Assembly: GCA_964616645.1 (NCBI GenBank)
Contig: CAZTUM010000001.1
Coordinates: forward strand, 9,318 to 73,317
Direction of reading: 5' to 3'
Length of the DNA: 64,000 bases
Origin: an uncultured Muribaculaceae bacterium
Lineage (GTDB): Bacteria > Bacillota_I > Bacilli_A > RF39 > UBA660
A model generated the notes under the pieces. It worked only from the letters and a program-made list of their open reading frames with translations, did not search any database and was not told the DNA's origin. Of this stretch, positions 1-9,517 are shown piece by piece; within the stretch, counting starts at the first letter, position 1; each line of letters opens with the position of its first letter. The position numbers and the translations under genes were made by a program.

Positions 1-52
1 AAAAGCATAATTTTTTGACACTTTTATGTTTAACTATAGTTAAGCATTTATT

Positions 53-1522
53 TTATATAACAATTGCTATCATATTGTTTGAGCCTTTGTTTACTATTTT
101 TGTTAATGTCTGTTTTAATTTATAACGGATATTTTCTGGCATTATTGATAATTTAGCTTGAATACCTTCTTGTACTATAACATCAAGACTTCTTCCAAAT
201 ATCTCACTTTTCCAAATGCTACTTGCTTCCTCATTTTTAGTTAAATAGTTTATTAATTCTTTTGATTGAAGTTCTGAGCCTATGATTGGTTCAAATGTTG
301 ATTCAACATCTACTCTAATCATATGTATCGATGGGGCAATTGCTTTTAGTTTAATTCCATATCGATTTCCTTGTTTAATTATTTCTGGAGTGTCTAGCTT
401 CATGTCTGATAGAGTTGGAGATGCTATACCATATCCTGTTTGTTTTACCATTTTTAATGCAGATTTTATTTGGTCGTATTCTGTTTTGGCTATACTTAAT
501 TCTTGGAATAGTGATAATAAATTTGCTTTAGATGATATATCTACTCCGATTATTTCATTTAAGACTTTATTGTATAATTCACTTGGAGATTCTAAATTTA
601 TGGTTACTTCGCCAGTACCTGGGTCTATTTCTGATATATATGATTTTTTTATATATTCACTATCTTTGAATGTGTTTATTATATTTTCACAATCTCTTAA
701 TTTATCTATTTCTGTTACACTTTCTTTTATTTTTTCAATGTATGTTTGTTTTACATAATGAGTGGGATTTAATATGGCTATCCATTCTGGCATGTTTATT
801 TTTATATCTGAGATTGGGAATTCATATAAGGCCTCTTTTAAGATGTTATACATGTCTTTTTCTACCATATTTTCTACATTTGTTGGTATTACTGGTACTT
901 TGTATTCTGTTTCTAGTGATTGTTTTAAGTTTATAGTTTCACTTGATGTTGGATGCGTTGTATTTAATATCACTATAAATGGTTTCCCTATACTTTTTAA
1001 TTCTTCTATTACTGTTTTTTCCGCTTCTACGTAATCATTTCTTGCTATTTCTCCTATAGAGCCATCTGTTGTTATTACTATTCCTATAGTTGAATGGTCT
1101 TTTATTACTTTTTCAGTACCTATTTCAGCAGCTTCAGTAAAAGGAATAGGTTCATCATACCATGGTGTTCTTACATATCTAGGTCCATTTTCATCTTCGT
1201 ATCCTTTTGCTGCTGGGATTACGTATCCTACACAATCTACCATTCTTATTTGAGCAGTTAAATCTTCTATTTGAATTTTAGCTGCTGTACTTGGAATAAA
1301 TTTTGGTTCTGTGGTCATTATATTTTTACCTGACCCTGATTGGGGTAGTTCATCTAGTGTTCTTTTTCTTTCGTATTCATCTTCTATATATGGTACTACT
1401 AGTGTTTCCATGAATTTTTTTATAAATGTAGATTTGCCAGTTCTTACTGCTCCTACTACTCCTAAATATATATCTCCACCCGTTCTTTTACCTATATTTT
1501 TAATAACTTCTATTTTTTCCAT
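53..1522 (-). CDS. spoIVA: Stage IV sporulation protein A (SpoIVA), spore-coat morphogenetic ATPase. The ORF track's start is 1543; the second Met at 1522 is preceded by an AAGAGG RBS and matches the canonical N-terminus.
   Basis: N-terminus MEKIEVIKNIGKRTGGDIYLGVVGAVRTGKSTFIKKFME carries the SpoIVA Walker A signature, and the length (about 490 aa) fits. Confidence 0.9.
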   Translation of the reverse strand: MEKIEVIKNIGKRTGGDIYLGVVGAVRTGKSTFIKKFMETLVVPYIEDEYERKRTLDELPQSGSGKNIMTTEPKFIPSTAAKIQIEDLTAQIRMVDCVGYVIPAAKGYEDENGPRYVRTPWYDEPIPFTEAAEIGTEKVIKDHSTIGIVITTDGSIGEIARNDYVEAEKTVIEELKSIGKPFIVILNTTHPTSSETINLKQSLETEYKVPVIPTNVENMVEKDMYNILKEALYEFPISDIKINMPEWIAILNPTHYVKQTYIEKIKESVTEIDKLRDCENIINTFKDSEYIKKSYISEIDPGTGEVTINLESPSELYNKVLNEIIGVDISSKANLLSLFQELSIAKTEYDQIKSALKMVKQTGYGIASPTLSDMKLDTPEIIKQGNRYGIKLKAIAPSIHMIRVDVESTFEPIIGSELQSKELINYLTKNEEASSIWKSEIFGRSLDVIVQEGIQAKLSIMPENIRYKLKQTLTKIVNKGSNNMIAIVI

Positions 1523-1574
1523 TACATACCTCTTTTCTTTCATTAAATATTATGTAATAGTTTATAGATTATGT

Positions 1575-1608
1575 AAAAATAAAGAAAAAAAGTGATTTTT
1601 TTCACTTA
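1575..1608 (-). terminator. Rho-independent terminator overlapping the stop codon of the amidotransferase gene.
   Basis: Hairpin aagtga-ttttttt-tcactt (1590-1608), followed on the minus strand by a T-run. Confidence 0.45.
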
Positions 1609-2247
1609 TTTGTTTTTTGATATTTTTCTTAATAATACTTCTTTGATAAATAAATTATATAATAGTTGATAATTTTCTAAATCTTCTTGTTGATATTGTA
1701 ATCCTATTATGAAATGTTTATCATCTATATATTCTATAGCTTCTATTGTATTATCTTCACTTGTAGCAATTATTTTAAAAGGGGGAGAAACATCTTTTAA
1801 TGTGTGATTATATTTTGAGTTTACTGTTATATTTTCCCCGAACGCTTTATATAATATGCTCCCTTTTTCAATATTAATTTTATGTGCATTTTTTATAGAG
1901 GTGGTATGTTTCTTTATTTCTATTAAGGTATCTTCATTACTACTTTTGCTATATAATCCTATTAATTGATGACCCATACATATACCTAAAAAAGGAATAT
2001 TATTATTTATTGCATAGTTTAATATTTGATAGTGATATGGATATATTATTCCATCTCCTTGTATTATTATACCATCACATAATTTCAAAACTTCTATATC
2101 TATATCACTATAATTATCATATGTAATTATACCTATGTAACTACATTTGTTATGGAGATTTTTTAAATTTGATTGTTTTATTGATTGGTAAACAATATTA
2201 TTTCTTTTTTCTTCAGGGATTACTATTCCTATTACTATATTATTCAT
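1606..2247 (-). CDS. Class I glutamine amidotransferase-like protein of the peptidase C26 / gamma-glutamyl-GABA hydrolase family.
   Basis: GICMGHQ nucleophile-elbow motif, length about 210 aa, and a His near the C-terminus. Confidence 0.6.
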   Translation of the reverse strand: MNNIVIGIVIPEEKRNNIVYQSIKQSNLKNLHNKCSYIGIITYDNYSDIDIEVLKLCDGIIIQGDGIIYPYHYQILNYAINNNIPFLGICMGHQLIGLYSKSSNEDTLIEIKKHTTSIKNAHKINIEKGSILYKAFGENITVNSKYNHTLKDVSPPFKIIATSEDNTIEAIEYIDDKHFIIGLQYQQEDLENYQLLYNLFIKEVLLRKISKNK

Positions 2248-2488
2248 CTAAGTATTTATCTAAATTTTTAGGAACATTCCCATTTTTGACTGTACTAATT
2301 ATCTTTTCTTCTTGTTCTTTTGATACTTCTCTTCCAGTCATTTTTGCTATATCGTGAATAACATCTTTTAATACTGTTTCATCTTGCATATTGCCATTTT
2401 GGATTCTTTTTGCAAGCGATAGTATTGTTTCTTTATCAATATTGGTTTTTTGTTCTACTTTTTTAAAAAAATTATCTGAAAACGCCAC
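2240..2488 (-). CDS. Small sporulation protein resembling stage VI sporulation protein F (SpoVIF).
   Basis: 82 aa, highly charged, with N-terminal FFKKVEQKT... resembling the SpoVIF family. Assigned from memory of the family, so not certain. Confidence 0.4.
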   Translation of the reverse strand: MAFSDNFFKKVEQKTNIDKETILSLAKRIQNGNMQDETVLKDVIHDIAKMTGREVSKEQEEKIISTVKNGNVPKNLDKYLDE

Positions 2489-2560
2489 TTAAATACCTCC
2501 TAATACAATATATGTACTAAGAGGTATTTTGTGAAGTATAGTTATTATTTTTATAATTAG

Positions 2561-3874
2561 TTATTCTCCATTTTTATTTTTAAATTGAATTTGTATTGGT
2601 GTTCCTTCAAAATCAAATGATTCTCTTATTTTATTTTCTAAATACCTTTCATACGAAAAATGTACTAAGCTTTTACTATTTACACTAAAAGTAAATTTTG
2701 GAGGTTTGGTTGATGTTTGAGATACAAAGTATATTTTTAGGCGTTTCCCTTTATATGATGGTGGTGCATTTAATAATACTGCTTCTCGTATTACATCATT
2801 TAATATGCTTGTTTTTATTTCTTTTTTTGTGTTTTCATATACTTTGTCTATTTCAGGCATTAATGTATGTATTCTTTTTTTTGTTTTGGCAGATAAGAAT
2901 ACTATTGGTACATATGATAAGAATTTAAATTCTTCTCTTATTAGTTTTGTATATGTTTTTATGTCATTTTTATCTTGTACTGTATCCCATTTATTTACCA
3001 CTATTACCATTGCTTTGCCTGATTCTAATGCATATCCTGCAATATGTTTATCATGTTCTATTATTCCTTCTTCTGCGTTTATTACTATAACGCATACATC
3101 ACTTCGTTCTATTGCTTTCATAGACCTTAGTACACTGTATTTTTCTATATTTTCATAAATACGGCCACTTTTTCTTATACCAGCTGTATCTATTACAACA
3201 TATTCTTTTTTTTCATATGTAAAGTTTGTATCTACAGCATCTCTTGTAGTACCTGCACGTGGGCTTACTATTAATTTTTCTTCATTTAAAAGTGCATTCA
3301 CTAAGCTAGATTTGCCTACATTTGGACGTCCTATAATACAAAACTTTATTTTTTCATCTTCATATGTTATTTCTTCTATTGGTTTAAAATTTTGGGTTAT
3401 TTCTTCTAATAATTCTCCTATTCCAAGATTATGTTCTCCACTCAAAGGTATTACTTTTTCAAAGCCTAATTCGTAATATTCATAAATATTATCTATTCTT
3501 TTAGTGTTATCTATTTTATTTACTGCAAGTATTACTTGTTTACCTGATTTTTTTAAAATATCTCTTATTGTGTAGTCGTTTTCATTTAAACTTTCTTTAC
3601 CATCTACAATAAATACTACAATATCAGATTCATCTATTGCAATATTAGCTTGAATTGTTATTTCGTTATTAAATAATTCTTTTGATACGTCAATGCCTCC
3701 TGTGTCAATCAAATGAAATTTATAATTATTGTAGATTACATCACCATAAATTCTATCTCTAGTTACTCCTGGGGTATCTTCTATAATAGATACTTTTTTT
3801 CCTACTAGACGGTTAAATATTGTAGATTTACCAACGTTAGGTCGGCCTACTAATGCTACTGTAGGTATATACAT
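2561..3874 (-). CDS. der: GTPase Der (EngA), a ribosome-biogenesis GTPase with two G-domains. The likely true start is Met15 of the listed ORF.
   Basis: Two GxxxxGKS P-loops (GRPNVGKST and GRPNVGKSS), DTAG/DTGG motifs, NKxD motifs and a KH-like C-terminus. Confidence 0.9.
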   Translation of the reverse strand: MYIPTVALVGRPNVGKSTIFNRLVGKKVSIIEDTPGVTRDRIYGDVIYNNYKFHLIDTGGIDVSKELFNNEITIQANIAIDESDIVVFIVDGKESLNENDYTIRDILKKSGKQVILAVNKIDNTKRIDNIYEYYELGFEKVIPLSGEHNLGIGELLEEITQNFKPIEEITYEDEKIKFCIIGRPNVGKSSLVNALLNEEKLIVSPRAGTTRDAVDTNFTYEKKEYVVIDTAGIRKSGRIYENIEKYSVLRSMKAIERSDVCVIVINAEEGIIEHDKHIAGYALESGKAMVIVVNKWDTVQDKNDIKTYTKLIREEFKFLSYVPIVFLSAKTKKRIHTLMPEIDKVYENTKKEIKTSILNDVIREAVLLNAPPSYKGKRLKIYFVSQTSTKPPKFTFSVNSKSLVHFSYERYLENKIRESFDFEGTPIQIQFKNKNGE

Positions 3875-3991
3875 TTTATCACATCCTATTTTTTCTTGAT
3901 AGATATATTTTACCACAAATGTTGAATAATTGTATTGTTTTTTATTGTTTTTAATATTAGTTTATTAAAAAAAGATGTATTATTTAACATC

Positions 3992-5002
3992 TCAATTAAT
4001 TGTTAGTGTACCTGTAGTTGGATATATTTGAATAAATGTGTTTCCATCACTTACTTTTATTTCTTCTCCAGATATATATTTATATATAGTTTGACTTTCT
4101 CTATCTTTCTTTTCCCATGTAATTGGTATAGCATATCCATTGGTAATATAATAACCTTTCCCTGTACCTATATTATCTAGGTTTTGTCTTCCAGATGTAT
4201 CATTTGGTATATTTGAATATTTCAAATCATATACTATTATATTTTTTGTGGTGTACTGAGTTCCTGTCACTAAATCAACACTGTATGTTCCTGAATCTTG
4301 TCTTTTGTATACTTTGTTTTTATCATCATAAATATATGTTACTGTTTGGTAATTAGAATATTTTATTGAGACGGAATCCGCTTGTATACTGTCTTCTAAT
4401 TTATCTAATTCTATATCATCGGTTGAGTATTCTAAAAGTAATGGTTGATTTGTAGTGTTTCTTATATTTTTGTTTTTTACATAGTTAGTCATATTTTCCA
4501 TACTAGTAAATGCCGTATGTTCCGTAGCTCTATTTAGATTTTTATCTTTCCAAAATACGCTTTCTACAGCATCTACATGTTGTATTTTAAGTGTCTCAAT
4601 ATCATTGTATGCTTGAGGACTTCCACCCCAGTGAAAATAGATTGCATCATTTTCTAACACATAGTCTAAGTAATAGTGCCTACTGCTTCTTACTGAACCT
4701 ATTTTAGATGCGGTTGCTTCTCTATATAGTGCTAACATTCTAGTAATTCCACCTTCTACCATTAATTCGTATACTATGTATGCATCTTGTATTCCTGATT
4801 GAGGGCGTGCTGCTTTATGGTTATTTATCATTACGGCGTATGTTCTTTGATTGGACTGTGTATCTACAATAGATACTTTTTTTTCTTCTTTTACTGAAAT
4901 ATCTTCATTTTTTGTATCTTGGTCGTTAGAGTTTTCTTTATTATTTGTTCCACAACCTGTTAGTATTATTAATGACATTAAAATTATTATTGACTTCTTC
5001 AT
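3992..5002 (-). CDS. Lipoprotein of the DUF3048 / YerB type.
   Basis: Lipobox signal peptide MKKSIIILMSLIILTGCG; overall similarity to DUF3048 lipoproteins recalled from memory. Confidence 0.45.
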   Translation of the reverse strand: MKKSIIILMSLIILTGCGTNNKENSNDQDTKNEDISVKEEKKVSIVDTQSNQRTYAVMINNHKAARPQSGIQDAYIVYELMVEGGITRMLALYREATASKIGSVRSSRHYYLDYVLENDAIYFHWGGSPQAYNDIETLKIQHVDAVESVFWKDKNLNRATEHTAFTSMENMTNYVKNKNIRNTTNQPLLLEYSTDDIELDKLEDSIQADSVSIKYSNYQTVTYIYDDKNKVYKRQDSGTYSVDLVTGTQYTTKNIIVYDLKYSNIPNDTSGRQNLDNIGTGKGYYITNGYAIPITWEKKDRESQTIYKYISGEEIKVSDGNTFIQIYPTTGTLTIN

Positions 5003-5049
5003 TTTACCACCTAAAATAATTATATATTATATATTAAAAAAATGCAATT

Positions 5050-6495
5050 TTATTTTGCATTAATTATTTCACTTATTTTATTTTGTGCTTCTTCTATGCT
5101 TTCGTTATCTGGCATCATCACGTATAATTCTCGTGTTGGATATGAATATGTATATGCACTATAATCTGTACCATTTAGGCTTTGATTTATTATTTCCCAT
5201 TTAGGCATTTTATTTAGTTGTAATCTTACTATTTTTGATATGCTTTTTTCATCCATGTTAGTTTGAAAACTTTTTTCTATTTTGCTTAAGATACTATCAT
5301 ATTTTTTGATTAGTTGAGTTGATGAAGTCATTTTGTTTATTATTGCTGCGATTATTTTTTGTTGATTTTGTCCTCTTACACGATCTCCTCCAGTAAAGCT
5401 TTTTCTTTCTCTTGCGAAGGCGAGCGCATGTTTCCCATCTAATTTGTTATATCCTTTTTGGTAGCAACCCACTCTTCCACTGTCACAGAAACTATAATCA
5501 GAGTATACTTCAATTCCTCCTATAGAATCAACTATTTCAATTAATGTACTAAAGTTAACTCTAATATAATAATTAATTTCTGTGTTTAATAGGCTTTCTA
5601 CGGTCTTTACTGATGTTTCAATACCATAATAACCACTGTGGGTTAACTTATCCATACCTCCATTTGTATTATATAATTCTACATAATAGTCTCTTGGTAT
5701 TGTTGTTAATAGTATTTGGCTAGTTTTAGGGTTAATCGTTATAACAATATTGACATCACTATTAGATACTTTATCAATGCTTCCATATGAATCAGAACCT
5801 ATTAAATATATATTAAACGGTGTATTAGTTACATCGACTATTTTTACAATATCATTTGTCTTTATAGATACATGTATAGTACTTATAGTTTTGGTTTTAT
5901 TTAATATGTATGAATAGTCTTCTTCTAGGATGCTTTTAATTGAATCATTAATTAATATTGCATCTATTTCTTCTTTTTGTAGCGCATCTATAAGTATTAC
6001 TATATCATCAAAATCTTTTTCTATAAAGTCAATTTTTTTGTTTAATGTTGATACTGCTGTTGTTACGTTTTTGGTATTTTCATTCTTATAAAAGCCAATT
6101 ATCTTTCCTTTACAATCAAAAACTTCCTCATAATTGCTATCATCTAGTACAATTAAATAATAATCTTCAGTTTGTCCTATGTTGTTATTAATTCTATCTA
6201 AAAAGGCTATGGTTCTATCTATGTATTTTATACCAAAGGCAAATGCTATAGAAAATATCGTAATTATTATACTAGAGAATATTTTAATAAATATTTTTAT
6301 TTTTTTATTAAAAATAAGTAAAATCATTAATCCATAGATAAATATAATTATTATTGAAAATATAGCAATATATTTGATTGGTAATATATCTAATTTAAAT
6401 ATATATACTCCAAATGTTATTAATATTATTGAACCGATTATGGCAATAATTTTACTAATTTTGTTAATAAGTTTTTTTCTCTTTCTTTTGGACAT
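5050..6495 (-). CDS. LytR-CpsA-Psr (LCP) family cell-wall glycopolymer ligase.
   Basis: Short cytoplasmic N-terminus plus a TM helix, and an extracellular LCP core (NIVITINPKT...TIPRDYYVEL...GMDKLTHSGYYG...INYYIRVNF). Confidence 0.8.
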   Translation of the reverse strand: MSKRKRKKLINKISKIIAIIGSIILITFGVYIFKLDILPIKYIAIFSIIIIFIYGLMILLIFNKKIKIFIKIFSSIIITIFSIAFAFGIKYIDRTIAFLDRINNNIGQTEDYYLIVLDDSNYEEVFDCKGKIIGFYKNENTKNVTTAVSTLNKKIDFIEKDFDDIVILIDALQKEEIDAILINDSIKSILEEDYSYILNKTKTISTIHVSIKTNDIVKIVDVTNTPFNIYLIGSDSYGSIDKVSNSDVNIVITINPKTSQILLTTIPRDYYVELYNTNGGMDKLTHSGYYGIETSVKTVESLLNTEINYYIRVNFSTLIEIVDSIGGIEVYSDYSFCDSGRVGCYQKGYNKLDGKHALAFARERKSFTGGDRVRGQNQQKIIAAIINKMTSSTQLIKKYDSILSKIEKSFQTNMDEKSISKIVRLQLNKMPKWEIINQSLNGTDYSAYTYSYPTRELYVMMPDNESIEEAQNKISEIINAK

Positions 6496-6726
6496 TTTAT
6501 ATCAACTCCAATTTTAATAACTGCTTATTAATTATTATAGCAAATTATTTAAAAAAATTATACTATTATGTAAATTTATTTTTATTTTGATTTTTTTGTA
6601 TACAGTATGTTATGTGTTTTTTGTAAAATATTATTGATTTACATGACTTTTTTTGATATAATTGTTTTGTATAAAATTTGTTACTATTACGGTAACTGTT
6701 TTAATAATGTATTTAAGGAGGATATT

Positions 6727-7797
6727 ATGAAATATGCATTAATTGGGTGTGGCAGAATTTCACCTAATCATATTAGTGCCGCGTTGAACAATAATTTGGA
6801 TATTGTTGGTCTATGTGATTTAAAAAATGAATGTATTAAAGAAAAAAAGAAGATGTTTAATAATATATTAAATGTTAATGAGTATGTAGATTATAAAGAA
6901 ATGTTAGATAAGGAACATCCCGATTTAGTAGCGATTGCTACTGAAAGTGGGGAGCATGCAAAAATTGCTGTTTATTGTCTTCAGCATGGTGCCAATGTTA
7001 TTATTGAGAAGCCTATTGCTTTGTCTTTAGAAGATGCAGATTTAGTTATTAAAACTGCAAAAGAAAATAATTTAAAAGTTTGTGCTTGTCATCAAAATCG
7101 TTTTAATAGAGCTATTCAAAAGATTAGAAGTGCAGTTGAAAATAATGATTTTGGTAAAATTTTTTATGCAACTGCTCATATTAGATGGAATAGAAATGAA
7201 GATTATTATAAGCAAGCTACTTGGCGTGGAACTTGGGCTTTAGATGGTGGTGCATTAATGAATCAATGTATTCATAATATTGATTTATTAAGATGGATGA
7301 TGGGTGATGAAGTAGAAGAAGTATTTGCTTATACTGATAATTTAAATCATGACTATATTGAGGCTGAGGACTTAGGTATAGCTGTTGTTAAGTTTAAAAA
7401 TGGTGGATATGGTATTATTGAAGGGACTAATGATATTTATCCTAAAAATTTAGAGGAAACTTTGTATGTATTTGGAGAAAATGGTACTGCAAAAGCAGGG
7501 GGAAGTTCAGTAAATAAGTTGGAAGTATGGAGATTTAATGGTCAAGATGAAGAGAGTATACTTGATGAGTTTTCCGAAATACACAAAAATGTATATGGTT
7601 TAGGTCATACTCCGTTATATGCGAATATGATTGATGCTATTAAAAACGATACGAAACCGTATGTTGATGGTGAAGCTGGTAAAAGAGCTTTGGAGTTGGT
7701 ACTAGCAATATATAAATCTGCAAGTGAACATAAAGCTATTAAACTACCTATAAGTAATTGTTCAACTATGGATTTTGTTGGAATGTTTAATAGATGA
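6727..7797 (+). CDS. Gfo/Idh/MocA NAD-dependent oxidoreductase, WbpB-like (UDP-GlcNAcA 3-dehydrogenase).
   Basis: Rossmann N-terminus MKYALIGCGRISPNH, a strong RBS AAGGAGG at 6712, and position as the first gene of a wbpB-E-D-A-like set. Confidence 0.75.
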   Translation: MKYALIGCGRISPNHISAALNNNLDIVGLCDLKNECIKEKKKMFNNILNVNEYVDYKEMLDKEHPDLVAIATESGEHAKIAVYCLQHGANVIIEKPIALSLEDADLVIKTAKENNLKVCACHQNRFNRAIQKIRSAVENNDFGKIFYATAHIRWNRNEDYYKQATWRGTWALDGGALMNQCIHNIDLLRWMMGDEVEEVFAYTDNLNHDYIEAEDLGIAVVKFKNGGYGIIEGTNDIYPKNLEETLYVFGENGTAKAGGSSVNKLEVWRFNGQDEESILDEFSEIHKNVYGLGHTPLYANMIDAIKNDTKPYVDGEAGKRALELVLAIYKSASEHKAIKLPISNCSTMDFVGMFNR

Positions 7798-7805
7798 GGT
7801 GAAAT

Positions 7806-8954
7806 ATGGAATTTATAGATTTAAAGAAACAATATAGTGTTTTGAAGGATAAAATTGATAATGGTATTAACAATGTTTTGACTGATGGGCATTATATTAT
7901 GGGCGAAGAAATAGCTTTGTTAGAAAAAGAATTGGCTTCATATGTTGGTGTGAAACATTGTATAACATGCGCTAATGGTACAGATGCACTTTCTATTGCG
8001 TTGATGGCTTTAGGTGTTAAAGAGGGGGATGCTGTTTTTGTTCCTTCATTTACTTTTTTTTCAACTGCAGAAGTTGTTTCTCTGCATGGGGCTACTCCAA
8101 TATTTGTTGATTCTGATTTTAGGACATTTAACATCGACCCTGAAAAGTTAGAAAATGCTATTTTAAAAGTTAGAAATGAAACTAATTTGAATTTAAAAGC
8201 AATTATACCTGTAGATTTGTTTGGACTTCCTGCAAATTTTGAAAGAATTAGGGAAATTGCTTCTAAGTATAATTTGTTTATTGTTGAAGATGGAGCGCAA
8301 GGATTTGGAGGCAGTATTGATGGCAAAAAAGCGTGTTCTTTTGGAGATATTTCTACCACTTCATTTTTTCCTGCAAAACCATTAGGTTGTTATGGAGATG
8401 GTGGCGCTATATTTACTGATAATGATGATTATTATAACCTTATGTGTTCTATACGTGTGCATGGTAAAGGTGAATTTAAATATGATAATATTAGGATAGG
8501 ATTAAATTCACGATTAGATACTTTACAAGCTAGTATTTTACTTCCAAAGTTAGATGCTTTTAAGAATTATGAATTAGATGAGAGAAATAAATTTGCACAT
8601 TTATATACTGAAAAACTTAAAAATTATATTAAGACTCCTTTTATTGACCATGGATATATAAGTAGTTGGGCTCAGTATACACTTATTTTTGACAGTGAAG
8701 AGGAAAGAAATTTTGTTCAAAATAAACTTAAAAATGTAGGTATTCCTACTATGGTTTATTATGTTAAGCCGTTGCATAAACAAGCAGTTTATGAAAATTA
8801 CACTTTTAATGTTGAAGATTTAAAGAATAGTGAAATTTTATCTAAAACAGTTCTTAGTTTACCTATGCATCCTTATCTGAATGGTGACCAAATTAATGAT
8901 ATTTGTAATAAAATAATAGAAAGTATTGAGGCGTATAAACATGGAGAAAGATAA
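7806..8954 (+). CDS. DegT/DnrJ/EryC1/StrS PLP-dependent sugar aminotransferase, WbpE-like.
   Basis: Fold-type I aminotransferase pattern (ANGTDAL, PLP-Lys region SFFPAKPLG) and an operon position after the oxidoreductase. Confidence 0.8.
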   Translation: MEFIDLKKQYSVLKDKIDNGINNVLTDGHYIMGEEIALLEKELASYVGVKHCITCANGTDALSIALMALGVKEGDAVFVPSFTFFSTAEVVSLHGATPIFVDSDFRTFNIDPEKLENAILKVRNETNLNLKAIIPVDLFGLPANFERIREIASKYNLFIVEDGAQGFGGSIDGKKACSFGDISTTSFFPAKPLGCYGDGGAIFTDNDDYYNLMCSIRVHGKGEFKYDNIRIGLNSRLDTLQASILLPKLDAFKNYELDERNKFAHLYTEKLKNYIKTPFIDHGYISSWAQYTLIFDSEEERNFVQNKLKNVGIPTMVYYVKPLHKQAVYENYTFNVEDLKNSEILSKTVLSLPMHPYLNGDQINDICNKIIESIEAYKHGER

Positions 8955-9516
8955 TTATTTTGTTCATGAGTCTAGTTATGTTGATGAGCATTCTTCTATT
9001 GGGGAAGGTACAAAAATTTGGCATTTTTCTCATATAATGAGTGATTGTGTTATTGGGAAAGGCTGTAATATTGGTCAAAATGTGGTGATTTCTCCTAATG
9101 TGGTGATAGGTAATAATGTTAAAATACAGAATAATGTTTCTGTTTATACTGGGGTTATCTGTGAAGATGATGTTTTTCTTGGACCATCTTGTGTTTTTAC
9201 TAACGTTATAAATCCTAGAAGTTTTATTTCTAGGAAAAATGAATATAGAAAAACGATTATTAAGAAGGGTGCCTCAATTGGCGCTAATGCAACGGTTGTA
9301 TGTGGACATAATGTTGGTAAGTATGCTTTTGTGGCTGCGGGGGCCGTTGTTACTAAGGATATTCCAGATTATGCCCTTGTTATGGGAAATCCCGCGAAGG
9401 TTAAGTATTATGTATGTGAATGTTCTGAAAAAATGAATTTTGTTGATAACAAATTTGTATGTCCAAAATGTGGGCTTAAGTATTGTATTGATGATAATGT
9501 AGTAAGGAGATTTTAA
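8926..9516 (+). CDS. Hexapeptide-repeat N-acetyltransferase, WbpD-like, carrying an extra C-terminal CxC...CxxC zinc-ribbon tail.
   Basis: Left-handed beta-helix hexapeptide repeats (IGxNVxI repeats); C-terminus YVCECSEKMNFVDNKFVCPKCGLKYC. Confidence 0.7.
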   Translation: MRRINMEKDNYFVHESSYVDEHSSIGEGTKIWHFSHIMSDCVIGKGCNIGQNVVISPNVVIGNNVKIQNNVSVYTGVICEDDVFLGPSCVFTNVINPRSFISRKNEYRKTIIKKGASIGANATVVCGHNVGKYAFVAAGAVVTKDIPDYALVMGNPAKVKYYVCECSEKMNFVDNKFVCPKCGLKYCIDDNVVRRF

Positions 9517-9517
9517 T

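Noticed and set aside
282-1595. Several plus-strand ORFs of 88-158 aa (282-758, 670-936, 762-1034, 1311-1595) lying inside the spoIVA gene.
   Set aside because: They run antisense to a confidently identified gene and are hydrophobic and low-complexity. They are typical shadow ORFs of AT-rich coding sequence.
2698-3158. Antisense ORFs within der, plus similar internal ORFs in wbpE, ychF, AbgT, mreB, murA, prfA and essC.
   Set aside because: They overlap well-supported genes on the opposite strand and have no RBS or family resemblance.
6496-6726. A JUMPstart/ops-like antitermination element (cggtaactg, inside the gttac-n7-gtaac inverted repeat) in the 230-bp leader of the glycan operon.
   Set aside because: Only a 5-nt resemblance to the GGCGGTAG ops core, and no NusG-paralogue (LoaP/RfaH) gene is visible in the window. 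The inverted repeat may still be an operator, but the evidence is too weak to call.
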